Program-made: the position numbers and the translations under genes
Notes under the pieces: model-generated
Database searches by the model: none
What the model was told of the DNA's origin: nothing
The model's input: only the letters and a program-made list of their open reading frames with translations
Shown: piece after piece, positions 1-10,807 of the stretch
How the letters are laid out: every line of letters begins with the position of its first letter
Position numbering within the stretch: position 1 is the first letter of the stretch
Assembly (NCBI GenBank): GCA_964016885.1
Contig: OZ024740.1
Location: forward strand, 558,001 to 622,000
Source: Eledone cirrhosa
Taxonomy: Eukaryota
Length of the DNA stretch: 64,000 nt
Direction of reading: 5' to 3'

Positions 1-689
1 ACGACATGTCCATACCAACACAGTCTTCTCTCCTGCACACCACATGTCCATACCAACACAGTCTTCTCTCCTGCACACCACATGTCCATACCAACACAGT
101 CTTCTCTCCTGCACACCACATGTCCATACCAACACAGTCTTCTCTCCTGCACACGACATGTCCATACCAGCACAATCTTCTCTCCTGCACACCATATGTC
201 CATACCAACACAGTCTTCTCTCCTACACACCACATGTCCATACCAGCACAATCTTCTCTCCTGCACACCATATGTCCATACCAACACAGTCTTCTCTCCT
301 ACACACCACATGTCCATACCAACACAGTCTTCTCTCCTGCACACCACATGTCCATACCAACACAGTCTTCTCTCCTGCACACCACATGTCCATACCAACA
401 CAGTCTTCTCTCCTGCACACCACATGTCCATACCAGCACAGTCTTCTCTCCTGCATACCATATGTCCATACCAACACAGTCTTCTCTCCTACACACCACA
501 TGTCCATACCAACACAGTCTTCTCTCCTGCACACCACATGTCCATACCAACACAGTCTTCTCTCCTGCACACCACATGTCCATACCAACACAGTCTTCTC
601 TCCTGCACACCACATGTCCATACCAGCACAGTCTTCTCTCCTACACACCACATGTCCATACCAACACAGTCTTCTCTCCTGCACACCAC
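1..689. repeat. 38-bp minisatellite (~18 copies, runs off window start) derived from RTE LINE ORF2 3' region
   Basis: Unit CACATGTCCATACCAACACAGTCTTCTCTCCTGCACAC; minus strand reads GVQERRLCWYGHV, matching the RTE 'ERRLRWYGHV' motif; LINE-like sequence continues to ~770; single-copy homolog at ~40388-40430. Confidence 0.93.
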
Positions 690-924
690 CTTGGATTCTC
701 CTTAAGCCCAGATTCACAGTTCATCCAAGCTCTCCTTTCTCTCACATTTACATTGCACAACCAACGAAACATGGTTAAAAACATTTCACGTGGTAATTTT
801 AAAGATAAAATACTATTTTCTACACTTTACATAATACTTTGAACAAGCTACAACACCCTCTTATAAATATACTACTTAAATTATTGCAGGCCTTTTGCCT
901 AAATTAAAAACCATTATTAGTTTT

Positions 925-1052
925 ATTCATTCTGAGTTCAAATCCTGCCGAGGTTAACTTTGCCTTTCATCCTTACGGGGTCGATAAAATAAAGTACCAG
1001 TAATGCACTGGGTAATTACTGGCCTTGTGCCAAAGGTAAAAACAATTATTAT
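925..1052 (+). mobile_element. tRNA-derived SINE family B, partial. Other copies ~1460-1660, 14118-14340, 25705-25890, 32885-33070(-), 33425-33720, 34035-34250, 34490-34700, 41180-41370(-), 61490-61620
   Basis: B box GAGTTCAAATCC followed by shared core GAGGTTAACTTTGCCTTTCATCCTTACGGGGTCGATAAAATAAAGTACCAG and (ATT)n tail, recurring >12 times. Confidence 0.85.
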
Positions 1053-1450
1053 TGTGAAGGCACATGGCTTAGTGGTTAGAGCATTGGCCTTGCAATCGAA
1101 AGGTTTGAGTTCAATTCTCAGACCGGGTGATGTGTTGTTTCCTTGAGCAAGACATTTTATTTCACATTGCTCCAGTTTACTCAGCTGTAGAAATGAGATG
1201 ATAGGACTGGGGTCCCTATCATTCCACTGCAAAGTGGTCGTGGAGGTGCCACGGCAAAAAAGCACCCAGCACTCACTGTAAATGAGGTTGGTGTTAGGAA
1301 GGGCATCCAGCTGTAGAAATCTAGCCAGAATCAGTTCCAGTATGAGCAAGACAAGGTCAGCCAACCTGACACTGCCCACAACAGGACAACCCGTCTAACC
1401 CATGCTAGTGTGGAAGAACAGACGAAAAATAGTGCTGACGATGATTATTG
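1053..1450 (+). mobile_element. tRNA-derived SINE family A (CORE-like centre, RTE-derived 3' tail)
   Basis: A box TGGCTTAGTGG, B box GAGTTCAATTCT; centre TCCTTGAGCAAGAC...CTCAGCTGTAGAAATGAG; 3' part GGTTGGTGTTAGGAAGGGCATCCAGCTGTAGAAA shared with RTE 3'UTR at ~30129-30162. Confidence 0.88.
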
Positions 1451-1689
1451 TGTGTAAGAGCGGTGGATTGGCAGTAGCAGTAGTGTCGGACACCATGTTT
1501 GGTGGCATAGAGTTACTTCCCTTTATGTTCTGAGGTTAGTTTTGCCTTTCATCCTTAACGGGTCAATAAAATAAAGTACCGGTCACACATTGGTGTCAAT
1601 TGAATCGACTTGCTCTTCCCCTAAAATTGCTGACCTTGTGCCTAAATCAGAAACCATTATTATTTTGGTGTGTCTAGTTGCACATCATC

Positions 1690-2090
1690 TCTGTGTATTA
1701 CTGAGTACAGCTCTCTATTATTGAGTACAGCTATGTGTTACTGAGTACAGCTCTCTATTATTGAGTACACCTCTGTGTATTACTGAGCACAGTTCTGTGT
1801 TACTGAGGATGGCTCAGTGTTACTGAGCACAGTTCTGTGTTACTGACCACAGCTCTGTATATTACTGAGCACGGCTCTGTGTTACTGACCAAGGCTCTGT
1901 GTTACTGAGCACGGCTACGTGTTATTGAGGACGGCTCTGTTACTGACCATGGCTCTGTGTATTACTGAGCACAGTTCTGTGTTACTGACCACGGCTCTGT
2001 GTATTACTGAGCATGGCTCTGTGTTACTGACCATGGCTCTGTGTATTACTGAGCATGGCTCTGTGTATTACTGAGCACGGCTCTGTGTAC
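1690..2090. repeat. 20-22 bp minisatellite
   Basis: Unit GGCTCTGTGT(AT)TACTGAGCAC, ~19 diverged copies. Confidence 0.9.
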
Positions 2091-2139
2091 CTTCGCTATG
2101 TGCAGTATATCTTCTATTTCAAAAGAAGGGATGTAAGCG

Positions 2140-2380
2140 TGTGTGTTTGTGTGTATGAATCTGAGCATATGTTTGTCTCTGTCACTATATACCTATCAAC
2201 AAGTGTATATGTGTCTGCCAGTTTGTGTGTCACTGTATATGTCTGTCAGTGTGTGTGTGTATGTATCTACCAGTGTGTGTGTGTCACTATGTGCCTATTA
2301 GTGTGTGTATCTACCAGTCTGTGTGTCAATGTATGTGTGTGTATGTATCTATCAGTAGTAGTGTATGTGTGTGTCAGTGT
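2140..2380. repeat. degenerate (TG)n microsatellite
   Basis: Direct inspection. Confidence 0.85.
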
Positions 2381-2489
2381 TATCTCACAGCAGCCACATT
2401 TCCAGTGATTTACCATCTTCCATCTGGTTCCCATCTCTACAATAACAACCTGTAACTCTGATATCTTCTCACATGTTGTGGCTGCTGGT

Positions 2490-3139
2490 ACTACTACTAC
2501 CACTACTACTACCACCACCACTACCACTACTACTACCACCACTACCACAACCACGCCCACCACTACCACCACCACGCCACTGCTACCACCACCACGCCAC
2601 CGCTACCACCACCACCACTATCACCACCACTACTACCGCCACTACCACCACCACTACTACCACCACCACCACTACCACTACTACTACCACCACCACCACC
2701 ACTACCACCACTACCACAACCACCCCCACCACTACCACCACCACCACTACTACCGCCACTACCACCACCACTACTACCATCACCACTACTACCACCACCA
2801 CCACTACTAGTATCACCACCACTACTACTACTACCACCACTACTACAACCGCTACCACCACTACTACAACCACCACCAACACCACTACCACCACCACTAC
2901 CACCACCACCACCACCAACACCACCACTACCACCCCCACTACTACTACCACTACCACCACTACTACCACCACCAACATTACCACTACTACCACCAACATC
3001 ACCACCAACATCACCACTACCAACACCACTACCACCACCACTACTACAACCACCACTACTACCACCACCACCACTACCACCACAAACACCACCATCGCCA
3101 CTACCAACACCAGCACCATCACTACCACCACCACCACCA
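2490..3139. repeat. (ACC/ACT)n trinucleotide microsatellite
   Basis: Direct inspection; explains the poly-T/H/V/G ORFs. Confidence 0.97.
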
Positions 3140-3328
3140 ATGAGTTGGCTACCCACAGTGGAGCCCTCTGTTGGCCTTGGGACCACCTCCCTAGTCACCA
3201 CCATGGAGTTGGCTACCCACAGGTGTGAGCCTTGGGAATGGCACTTCCAATGCATCTCCCTCACCATCCCCCGGACCTTCTCTATTCTGTCCAGCGGTAG
3301 GGTGGCCAGCATGTGGACTCCCATTTGT
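3140..3328 (-). mobile_element. unclassified ~190-bp interspersed repeat, second copy at 61625-61815 (+)
   Basis: Reverse complement shares ACAAATGGGAG start, GATGGTGAGGGAGA, GGCTCACACCTG(T/C)GGGTAGCCAACTC and TAGGGAGGTGGTCC with 61625-61815. Confidence 0.75.
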
Positions 3329-4067
3329 TTATAATAGTGATGGGGTGAGTGAGAGAGACGGAGGCAGTGAATGAAAGAATAAGAACATCAACGCACTTGA
3401 TAAGTGATAGCTTGCAGTTGATATTAATATATCTTATCCTTTCATTGAGATATTTATGTATTAGACAGAGTTAACTTTATGAATTAGTATTAACTGGTCC
3501 ATAAATTAATATAAACTGTTGAACAGATTTAGATGGTTATGGCTGCTATTTCCAGCGCCAGTATAAACCCATCATATTGTTCTAATACATTCAGTGAAAT
3601 ATATTCATACACTTTGTGGTCTGGCTACATGTGTGATATGTATTAACCCTTTAGCATTTAAACCAGCCATATCCAACCAGAATTCTTTCACCTCTTTCTG
3701 TTCAAACCAGCCATAACAGGCTGCTTATATCTATGTTAAGGTATTATTCTCAAAATGAATATCAAAATCTCGTAGATTAGATATGTGAGGTAAAGTATTT
3801 AATATGAAAATACAATAGTATATACAGAGTGGTTTCTTTATTTGCCACTAGGGCACAAAAGGTAGGGACAGATACAAGGGGGGAAGTTTACATATAATTA
3901 ACGAGTACAAAAATATAACAATGAAATAACAACAACAAACGAAGTCCTCAATAGGGAGGGGGCATTAACATGGGTCGCACACACCCCGGAAAAAATGTGC
4001 AACCCTTCTCCTCAGGAGCACAAAGAGTAGGTGCTTCCCTCGTCTCCTCTTTTTCCTCTTCTTTCAC

Positions 4068-7000
4068 CTACAGGCTGATATAGAGAGAAGACCCATTCAC
4101 TCTGGCCATTCTCCCTACTTTCACCCACCTTTCATAAAACTTGCTGGGGTAGAGCACCTCTGTCTCCATTCTGATCCTTCTTTTAAAATGGTATTTGAAA
4201 AAGGGGACCAGTTGTTGGCCGGAGAGAAAGGTGTCTGACCTCAGCCCTTTCAGCCTCGTCCACCATATAACTTCTTTAGCCATGGCTACCACACAGAGAA
4301 AAACCGCCTCTCCTTCGTTTTTGAAAGGGGGAGGCGGTTTGATCGTGACAATGGACTCGGTGGTCAACCGGATTGGTCCCACCCTCGACAGTAGTCGTTC
4401 CACATAGCCCCACAGGTCAGCAATGCCTGGGCAGTGTACGAATGCGTGCGCAACGGTTTCGTCATCATGCACGCATCTCGGACAGATCTTATTCAAAGGA
4501 TCTCTACCCAGGCTCCCATGCCTGTGGAGCTTGTCTCGAACGGGTAGAGCCCCTCGGTAGCACTGCCAAGCCAGGGACTTTTGGAAGTTGTCCATCGGTC
4601 CAGGGCCAAACGTCCTACCGAACAGACTGGCCAGTTCATCTTCCTCCATGCCTAGAGCTTCTCCGAGAGCATCGTCGCACCTGCTGCGTACCAACCCTCT
4701 ATAGAATGTCGACGTGGAGTCTCCACTGATTGCCGGGTCCGCTTTCCAGAGGGCCGTGAGCGCCTGGGCACATTCAATGTGCCAGTCGCCCACTTTTCTC
4801 GGTCTTTGCTTGACCCAGGATTGCAGCTCGGTGAGCGAGACGAGTCTGGGAAAGGCTCGCTTCACAAACGGGGCCCACACCGGTTGACCGGTGAGGAATA
4901 CCTGGAGGTGCCGTAGCCTTAATGCGTGTTTACGCATCTGTAGCCACGGCATCCCCAGCCCTCCTTTCGAAGGGTGTTGACAGCAGATGGATCTCCTCAC
5001 CAAAGGGGTCCGCTTGTTCCAAAGAAATTGGAACAGCGCGCACTCCATTTTGGCGAGTCTTTTCACTGGGCAAGGCACGACGGTCAAGCGGTAGTAGATG
5101 ACGGAGGCTATATAAGTATTCGCCACCTCCGCTCGACCTTTCAGGGATAGTTTGCACTGGGCCCACTTCTGGGTGAGTGCAAACACCCTGGCCGTTACCT
5201 TGTTCCAGTTTTTCTCCACCTGGAGGTCTGGTCCGAACCAGACCCCAAGCAGCTTCACCGGGCCCTCCGTCCAGCGTCCGACGACGTCGTTGGAGGGCAT
5301 CGGTTTGCCTCTCCATGTTCCGAGTTGCAAACCGACGGACTTGTCCCGGTTCAGCTTGGCTCCTGTAAACCTTTCATATTCCTCCAGTAAGGTGCCGATT
5401 TGCGAGGTTTTCGACACCATTACTGTCACGTCATCGGCGTAGGCCAACGCCGCTTTCTGCAATCCCGGTTCCAAAGGGATGCCCTGCAACCGCTCCAACT
5501 TCCGCAGTAGTGGCTCAAGAGCCAGCACATACAGTAGGGAGGAGAGAGGGCATCCCTGTCGGATGGATCGCATGATTTGGAACGGCTCCGAGAGGTGGCC
5601 GTTCACCTTGACCCTTGAGCAGACGTTGCTGCTGTGCATCGCAGCAATCCATCCCCTGAAAACGGGTCCGAAGCCTGCCGCCGCGAGCACCGCATCCAGG
5701 TAACGATGGTCAACCCTATCGAAAGCTTTAGATTGATCCAAGTTGATCAGGGCCCCACCAAAGCCGGGTTCATTCCCTACCCTCTCTATGATGTATCGCA
5801 TAAGGTGGAGATTGTCGTGAATGGACCTGGACGGGATTGCGCATGTCTGCGCTTCTCCCACCAGGTTTCCAACGACAAGCGCCAACCTCTTCGCTAACAC
5901 CTTGGCCAAAATCTTTAACTCTGTATTTAGCAGAGTTATGGGCCTGAAGTTACTTATGTCATCCCCCTTGTTCTCATCCTTCCTCACCAGCGTAACTACG
6001 CCCTTGGTCACAGAACTGGGAATTCTCCCGTTCTGCTGCCAGTTGCAGTAGACCGCTTCGAGGATATCGGAGAACAAGTCCGGCATCGCTACATATAGCT
6101 CGTATGGTAGACCATCGAGACCCGGGGATTTGCGTTTGCCGCATTGGCTCAGCGCCGCCCCTATCTCAGCAGCTGAAATCGTCCTTTCGCAGGACTTCGC
6201 CTCCGCGTCCGAGAGGCGCGGCAGACCGTCGAGGTATGGATTGAAATCCATAGTCACACTCGGCGCGCCGCCCCTCTCGAACAGTCGTGCAAAGTGCCGC
6301 TGAAAGGCCGCACACATCTGCCCAGGTTCAAGGATCACACGCCCATCCTGGTCCTTCAAAGACCGAATCGTGGACTTGTTCCCACTTTTTGCCTCTGTCA
6401 CTCGGGCCCAGCTCACAGCTTTGGCGCCCTCATTACCCAGAGCACGTATTTTACTCCTGACAACGCAGCCTTCATGCTTCACCTCAAAGAACTGGTCTAA
6501 GGCCATTCTTGATGCCAGCACGCCGGCTACATTGCCACTCCTAATCGCCTCTTCTACTCTATCTACTAATTCCCTTTCCGTCTTGTTCCTATCCCTTGCT
6601 AATTCCTGACTAAAACCTATCGATTCTATTCTAATTGCTCTCTTAAGAGAGCTCCACCACCTGTTGTTGACAATTGCTCCTGTCAAACTCTGCTTAACTA
6701 ACGTGCTAATCCGTTTACTGTAAGCTTTGCTTCTCGGTAAGGACAAGTTCAGCTTCCAGTAACCGGGTCCCTGTCTATGGGTTCTATCAAGGTTGGCTAT
6801 GCAGGTCACTAACTTGTGATCCGAATAGTCAACCATGAACATTTTTGGACAGCTAAATGTGTCCCTATCGTTCTCTCTAACTAGGACCCTATCTAGGTAC
6901 GACCTAGATGTTCCACTGCGATTGGTCCACGTCCATAGTGGTACAGTCGGAAAATCTAGTCGATATCTATCGGCCAGGTCAAATCGGCCGATTAACCTTT

Positions 7001-7496
7001 TGAGGCTTTTACACCCCCCTCTATTGGCACATGCCCCTACATAGTCCCAACGTGCATCCAGGATACCATTCCAGTCCCCCACTAAAAGCAAGGAGCGGGA
7101 CGTTCCCAGAAAAGTTTCCAGACGTTGGAAGTATTCCGGCCGCGCTGCCCAAAAAGGGGCGTACACAGCTATTAGTCTAAGGGCTCCACTTTCACTACTG
7201 CCGACGTCTAAAACCACCAGTCGACCCTCCGGGTCCAGGTGCACCTTCTGTATGGCGAGGCCCAGGTGTTTTCGCAGCAGAACGACAACTCCACCCCCAC
7301 CCCCCGGTTGACAGAGAGATGCGAAGATCTCAAAGTCGTCGAAGAGGGGCGCCAGTTGGTGCTCGCTGCCGATCCTGGACTCGCAAATAGCCATTACATC
7401 CATTCTATGCGACCTGAGATCGTTTAAAAGTTTGCCTTGTTTCCAAGACAGTCCCAGGCCACGTACATTCAGACACCCAACTCTTATATCAGCCAT
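4068..7496 (-). CDS. Tx1-like ORF2: AP endonuclease + reverse transcriptase + C-terminal CCHC zinc-binding domain, uninterrupted 1142 aa
   Basis: LNVRGL, YAP, GDWN, YLDRVL, YSDH (APE); KSPGLDG, FRPITLLN, DQSKAFDRV, IRQGCPLS, YADD (RT); CPRC..ETVAHAFVHC. Confidence 0.96.
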   Translation of the reverse strand: MADIRVGCLNVRGLGLSWKQGKLLNDLRSHRMDVMAICESRIGSEHQLAPLFDDFEIFASLCQPGGGGGVVVLLRKHLGLAIQKVHLDPEGRLVVLDVGSSESGALRLIAVYAPFWAARPEYFQRLETFLGTSRSLLLVGDWNGILDARWDYVGACANRGGCKSLKRLIGRFDLADRYRLDFPTVPLWTWTNRSGTSRSYLDRVLVRENDRDTFSCPKMFMVDYSDHKLVTCIANLDRTHRQGPGYWKLNLSLPRSKAYSKRISTLVKQSLTGAIVNNRWWSSLKRAIRIESIGFSQELARDRNKTERELVDRVEEAIRSGNVAGVLASRMALDQFFEVKHEGCVVRSKIRALGNEGAKAVSWARVTEAKSGNKSTIRSLKDQDGRVILEPGQMCAAFQRHFARLFERGGAPSVTMDFNPYLDGLPRLSDAEAKSCERTISAAEIGAALSQCGKRKSPGLDGLPYELYVAMPDLFSDILEAVYCNWQQNGRIPSSVTKGVVTLVRKDENKGDDISNFRPITLLNTELKILAKVLAKRLALVVGNLVGEAQTCAIPSRSIHDNLHLMRYIIERVGNEPGFGGALINLDQSKAFDRVDHRYLDAVLAAAGFGPVFRGWIAAMHSSNVCSRVKVNGHLSEPFQIMRSIRQGCPLSSLLYVLALEPLLRKLERLQGIPLEPGLQKAALAYADDVTVMVSKTSQIGTLLEEYERFTGAKLNRDKSVGLQLGTWRGKPMPSNDVVGRWTEGPVKLLGVWFGPDLQVEKNWNKVTARVFALTQKWAQCKLSLKGRAEVANTYIASVIYYRLTVVPCPVKRLAKMECALFQFLWNKRTPLVRRSICCQHPSKGGLGMPWLQMRKHALRLRHLQVFLTGQPVWAPFVKRAFPRLVSLTELQSWVKQRPRKVGDWHIECAQALTALWKADPAISGDSTSTFYRGLVRSRCDDALGEALGMEEDELASLFGRTFGPGPMDNFQKSLAWQCYRGALPVRDKLHRHGSLGRDPLNKICPRCVHDDETVAHAFVHCPGIADLWGYVERLLSRVGPIRLTTESIVTIKPPPPFKNEGEAVFLCVVAMAKEVIWWTRLKGLRSDTFLSGQQLVPFFKYHFKRRIRMETEVLYPSKFYERWVKVGRMARVNGSSLYISL

Positions 7497-7517
7497 GTTG
7501 GTTAAAAGAGGAAGGAC

Positions 7518-9256
7518 CTACCTGTTCGGCTCCTGAGGAGCAGGTTGCACAATATCCATGGGCGTATTGGAGGGGTTGTTTGGTGGGGTGTTGTTCTGTG
7601 GTGGAGTGGGGGTGTTTGGTGAGGTGTGGGTGGGGAAACGTTTCAAGAGGACGCGGTTATAGGGTCGAGTACATGTTTTCCCCACGTCCTCAGGAAAGTT
7701 CTCTCTTAGTTTTGCATAGGTGTCCATTGGGAGTCTTATCATTTTTAAATGCGGTTTGTTGGCCGCGCTTGCAAAGAATTGCCCTTCAGTTTCCACCAAA
7801 GGGTCTTTGTGTATTGTTTTTACTAGTTCTTTGTTATTTGTGTTAATGTATGTATACTGTTTTATTTGTGTTGTGTTTGTTTGTTGTTCTTGTGTGTGCT
7901 TACGTTTTGTTGTATGTGTTATGTTTTGGGGTGGGGCGGATTTTGTTTGTTCTGTTTGTTTTGTTTTTGTTGGTGGTTGTGTGTTTGTTTCGTTTATGTT
8001 CGAGTGGTGCTTTCTTTTTTTCCTTTTTACAGGTTGGAAGGGTTCCCCATCTTCGTCACTAGGTGCCGTTTCCGCTGGGTCCTCGTCCGTGCTGTCGGGT
8101 AGTGGTGTATTTTGGGGTTTTGTTGTATTTGTGTGTGATTTGGGAGTTGTTTTGGGTGGGGCCGTGTCTTGTGTTATTTTTCCGTGTTGTTTTTGTTGTT
8201 GTTGTGGTGGTGGTGGTGGAGGTGGTGGTGGTGGTGGCGGTGGTGGTGTGTGGGGTGTAGGCAAAAGAGCCTTTTTTTTTGTCAATTGAGGACAAGCAGC
8301 CCTTAGATGACCCCTGCTTGAACAGTAGTAACATATGGGCCTCCTACCCTCGGCTGAAATATATATAAATGTTTCTCCATCGAGGGACACCCTCTGTGGT
8401 ATTCTAGCTATTCGTTCTGGTCTCATTTGGACCAGAACCTCCACGCTCAAACCGCCGAAAACGTCTGTGGTGACTTCTCCTACTGAGAGGATTCCGTCCT
8501 CGTCTTCTAAAAATCCTGTTAGTACCCAGGAAATGCATGCATTTGGCCGGATTCCGGAGACCCTTATCTTCTGCGTTCTTTTCCCTAAATATGTGGGGAA
8601 AAATGTATGTAGCTTGGAAACAATTGGTGCCACAGAGTATTTCCTGGCCGTCAATTGATCCTTCATTAGGACCGTTATATTCCCATAGAGTGGCCCTTTT
8701 TGTATGAACGATATATCACTCCACACATTTTTCGGACCAGCTCAATCTCTTTTTGGGATAATTGAGTTGGTTTCCTTGTTATGTTGGAAATTGTTCTGAA
8801 AGATATCGTTCTTAGCGTCGTGTCTCTTTTGATTTCTTGTGGGGAGGTGATTGTGAAGTCTCCTCCTTCTTTGAAAGTTACATACTGTTTCGCTTCCTTC
8901 ATCTTTTCTCTCAGAGTTGTAATGTCCAGTTGCTTGCAGGTTTGTGTTTTCCGGACCGCCTGTGCAAAGGAGGCACCAGTAGTGGGTTCGCTTTGTTTGG
9001 TGTTATCGTTATTTTTTCCTTGGTTGGTGTTGTGACTATTGCTGTTATTGTCGTTGTTGTTTTTGTCTGCGTTTATGTGACTTTCTGGGTTTTCACCCAT
9101 TTTTACAAATTTTTCTTTTAATTCCGTGTTCCATGTTTCTTTTGCAGAAGTCAGGAGGGAAGACTTAGAGCCTTGTGCTTCTAGCTTCTCTGTATCACCT
9201 TTCTTAGGGGGCGTGGCATTCACGTTAGGATGAGATGTGAAAATTCCGTCCATTTC
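7518..9256 (-). CDS. Tx1-like ORF1 (gag-like), split by one frameshift near 8730
   Basis: ORFs 8675..9346 and 7518..8726 overlap in the -1 frame; zinc knuckle CYYCSSRGHLRAAC (CX2CX4HX4C); SFAQAV motif; ends 21 nt before the ORF2 ATG. Start assumed at MDGIFTS. Confidence 0.85.
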
Positions 9257-9647
9257 TATTAGTTTGCCGTAATAAATTTTTAACTGGAAAATTCGCCCCA
9301 AAAAGGGGCGAAAATAAATAAACTCAAAGTTTGACGACCAAGGCAAGGGGTTAACGTATATTACAGTATAAAAAAATTAATCAAAACTCACTTTTTGAGT
9401 AAGTAAATCCGACTCGGTAGCCGAGCTTGTTCACACACGTCAACACACGTCTCTCGTATACGAGATGTTATGTGAGATATTATGTGAGGTATCTTTACTG
9501 TGAAAATACAATAGTATATATAGAGTAATGTAAATGTTATGTGAGATATTATGTGAGGTAAAGTCTTTACTGTGAAAATATAATAGTATATATAGAGTAA
9601 TGTAAATGTTATGTGAGGTAAAGACTTTACTGTGAAAATACAATAGT

Positions 9648-9997
9648 ATCATCATCATCATCATCATTTCATTTTACGTCCACTTTTCCCTGCTTGCAAG
9701 GGTGGGACGGGAACTGATTCTGGCTTGATTTCTACAGTTGGATGCCCTTCCTTACACCAACCTCATTTACAGTGAGTGCTGGGTGCTTTTTTGCCGTGGC
9801 ACCTCCACGACCACTTAGCAGTGGAATGATAGGGAACCCAGTCCCTATCATCTCATTTCTACAGCTGAGTAAACTGGAGCAATGTGAAGTAAAGTGTCTT
9901 GCTCAAGGAAACAACACATCACCCGGTCTGAGAATTGAACTCACAACCTTTCAATTGCAAGCCCAATGCTCTAACCACTAAGCCATGTGCCTCCACA
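9648..9997 (-). mobile_element. SINE family A
   Basis: Reverse-complement match to 1053-1320; (CAT)n tail. Confidence 0.9.
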
Positions 9998-10146
9998 TAT
10001 ATAGAGTATATATAGAGTAATGTAAATGCTATGTGAGATATTATGTGAGGTAAAGACTTTACTGTGAAAATACAATAGTATATATAGAGTAATGTAAATG
10101 TTATGTGAGGTAAAGACTTTACTGTGAAAATACAATAGTATATATA

Positions 10147-10807
10147 TGACGGAGATGAAACCTGGATCTACCAGTATGATGCTGAATCCAAACAGCAGTC
10201 AAAACAGTGGCTTCCACATGGATCATCGGGGCCAATCAAGTTCAAATCTCAAAAGTCGGATCAAAAAGTGATGGCCACCATTTTCTGGGATTCAGATGGG
10301 GTGATACTAATAGATTATCTTGAAGGTCAAAAAACTGTGACAGGAGCTTACTATGCAAATGTTTTAAGGAAGCTGAAAGAGGCTTTAGTCAAGAAACGAA
10401 AAGGGAAACTTCATGGTGGGATCTTGTTTCACCATGACAATGCACCAGCGCATTCTGCGTGGGTTGCAAAAGAAGTTCTTCAAGAATTTCGATGGGAAGT
10501 GCTTCCTCACCCGCCTTATAGTCCAGATTTAGCCCCATCAGACTTTTTCCTCTTTCCAAAACTCAAAGAAATGCTAAAAAGAACCCGTTTTAGTGGTGTT
10601 GAAGAAGCTAAAAACACTGCCAACACATGGCTTCGAACAAGGCCTTCAACTTTCTTTAGAGACGGCTTACAAAGCTGGAAGCATCGCCTTGTCAAGTGTA
10701 TTGACCTGGATAGCAACTATGTAGAAAAATAAATTGATAGTAAATCATATTTTTTGAAAAATAGAATATTTTCTGAAAAATTCCGCGAACTTTTTGATCC
10801 CCCCTTG
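10147..10807 (+). mobile_element. mariner (DD34D) transposon 3' half, irritans/Hsmar2-like TIR
   Basis: TGDETW, HDNAPAH and HPPYSPDLAPSDF motifs in one frame ending at 10732; right TIR TTCCGCGAACTTTTTGATCCCCCCTTG|TA; no left TIR or HTH. Confidence 0.92.

Larger units (their letters stand above)
3831..9464 (-). mobile_element. full-length L1-clade (Tx1-like) non-LTR retrotransposon
   Basis: ORF1 with CCHC knuckle plus ORF2 with APE-RT-Zn; AATAAA at 3' end; flanks are MITE sequence on both sides. Confidence 0.93.

Noticed and set aside
6-842. Long ORFs in all three + frames
   Set aside because: Artefact of a stop-free 38-bp unit cycling through frames; the sequence is antisense LINE
1058-1125. 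tRNA-Cys-like gene (A/B boxes, GCA loop)
   Set aside because: SINE head: no proper acceptor stem, continues into SINE core, many copies
2473-3324. Mucin-like poly-Thr and Gly-rich ORFs (also 15615-16251)
   Set aside because: Trinucleotide microsatellite; no splice signals or domain context
4195-9121. Many + strand ORFs over the Tx1 element
   Set aside because: Antisense shadows of ORF1/ORF2 with no recognisable motifs
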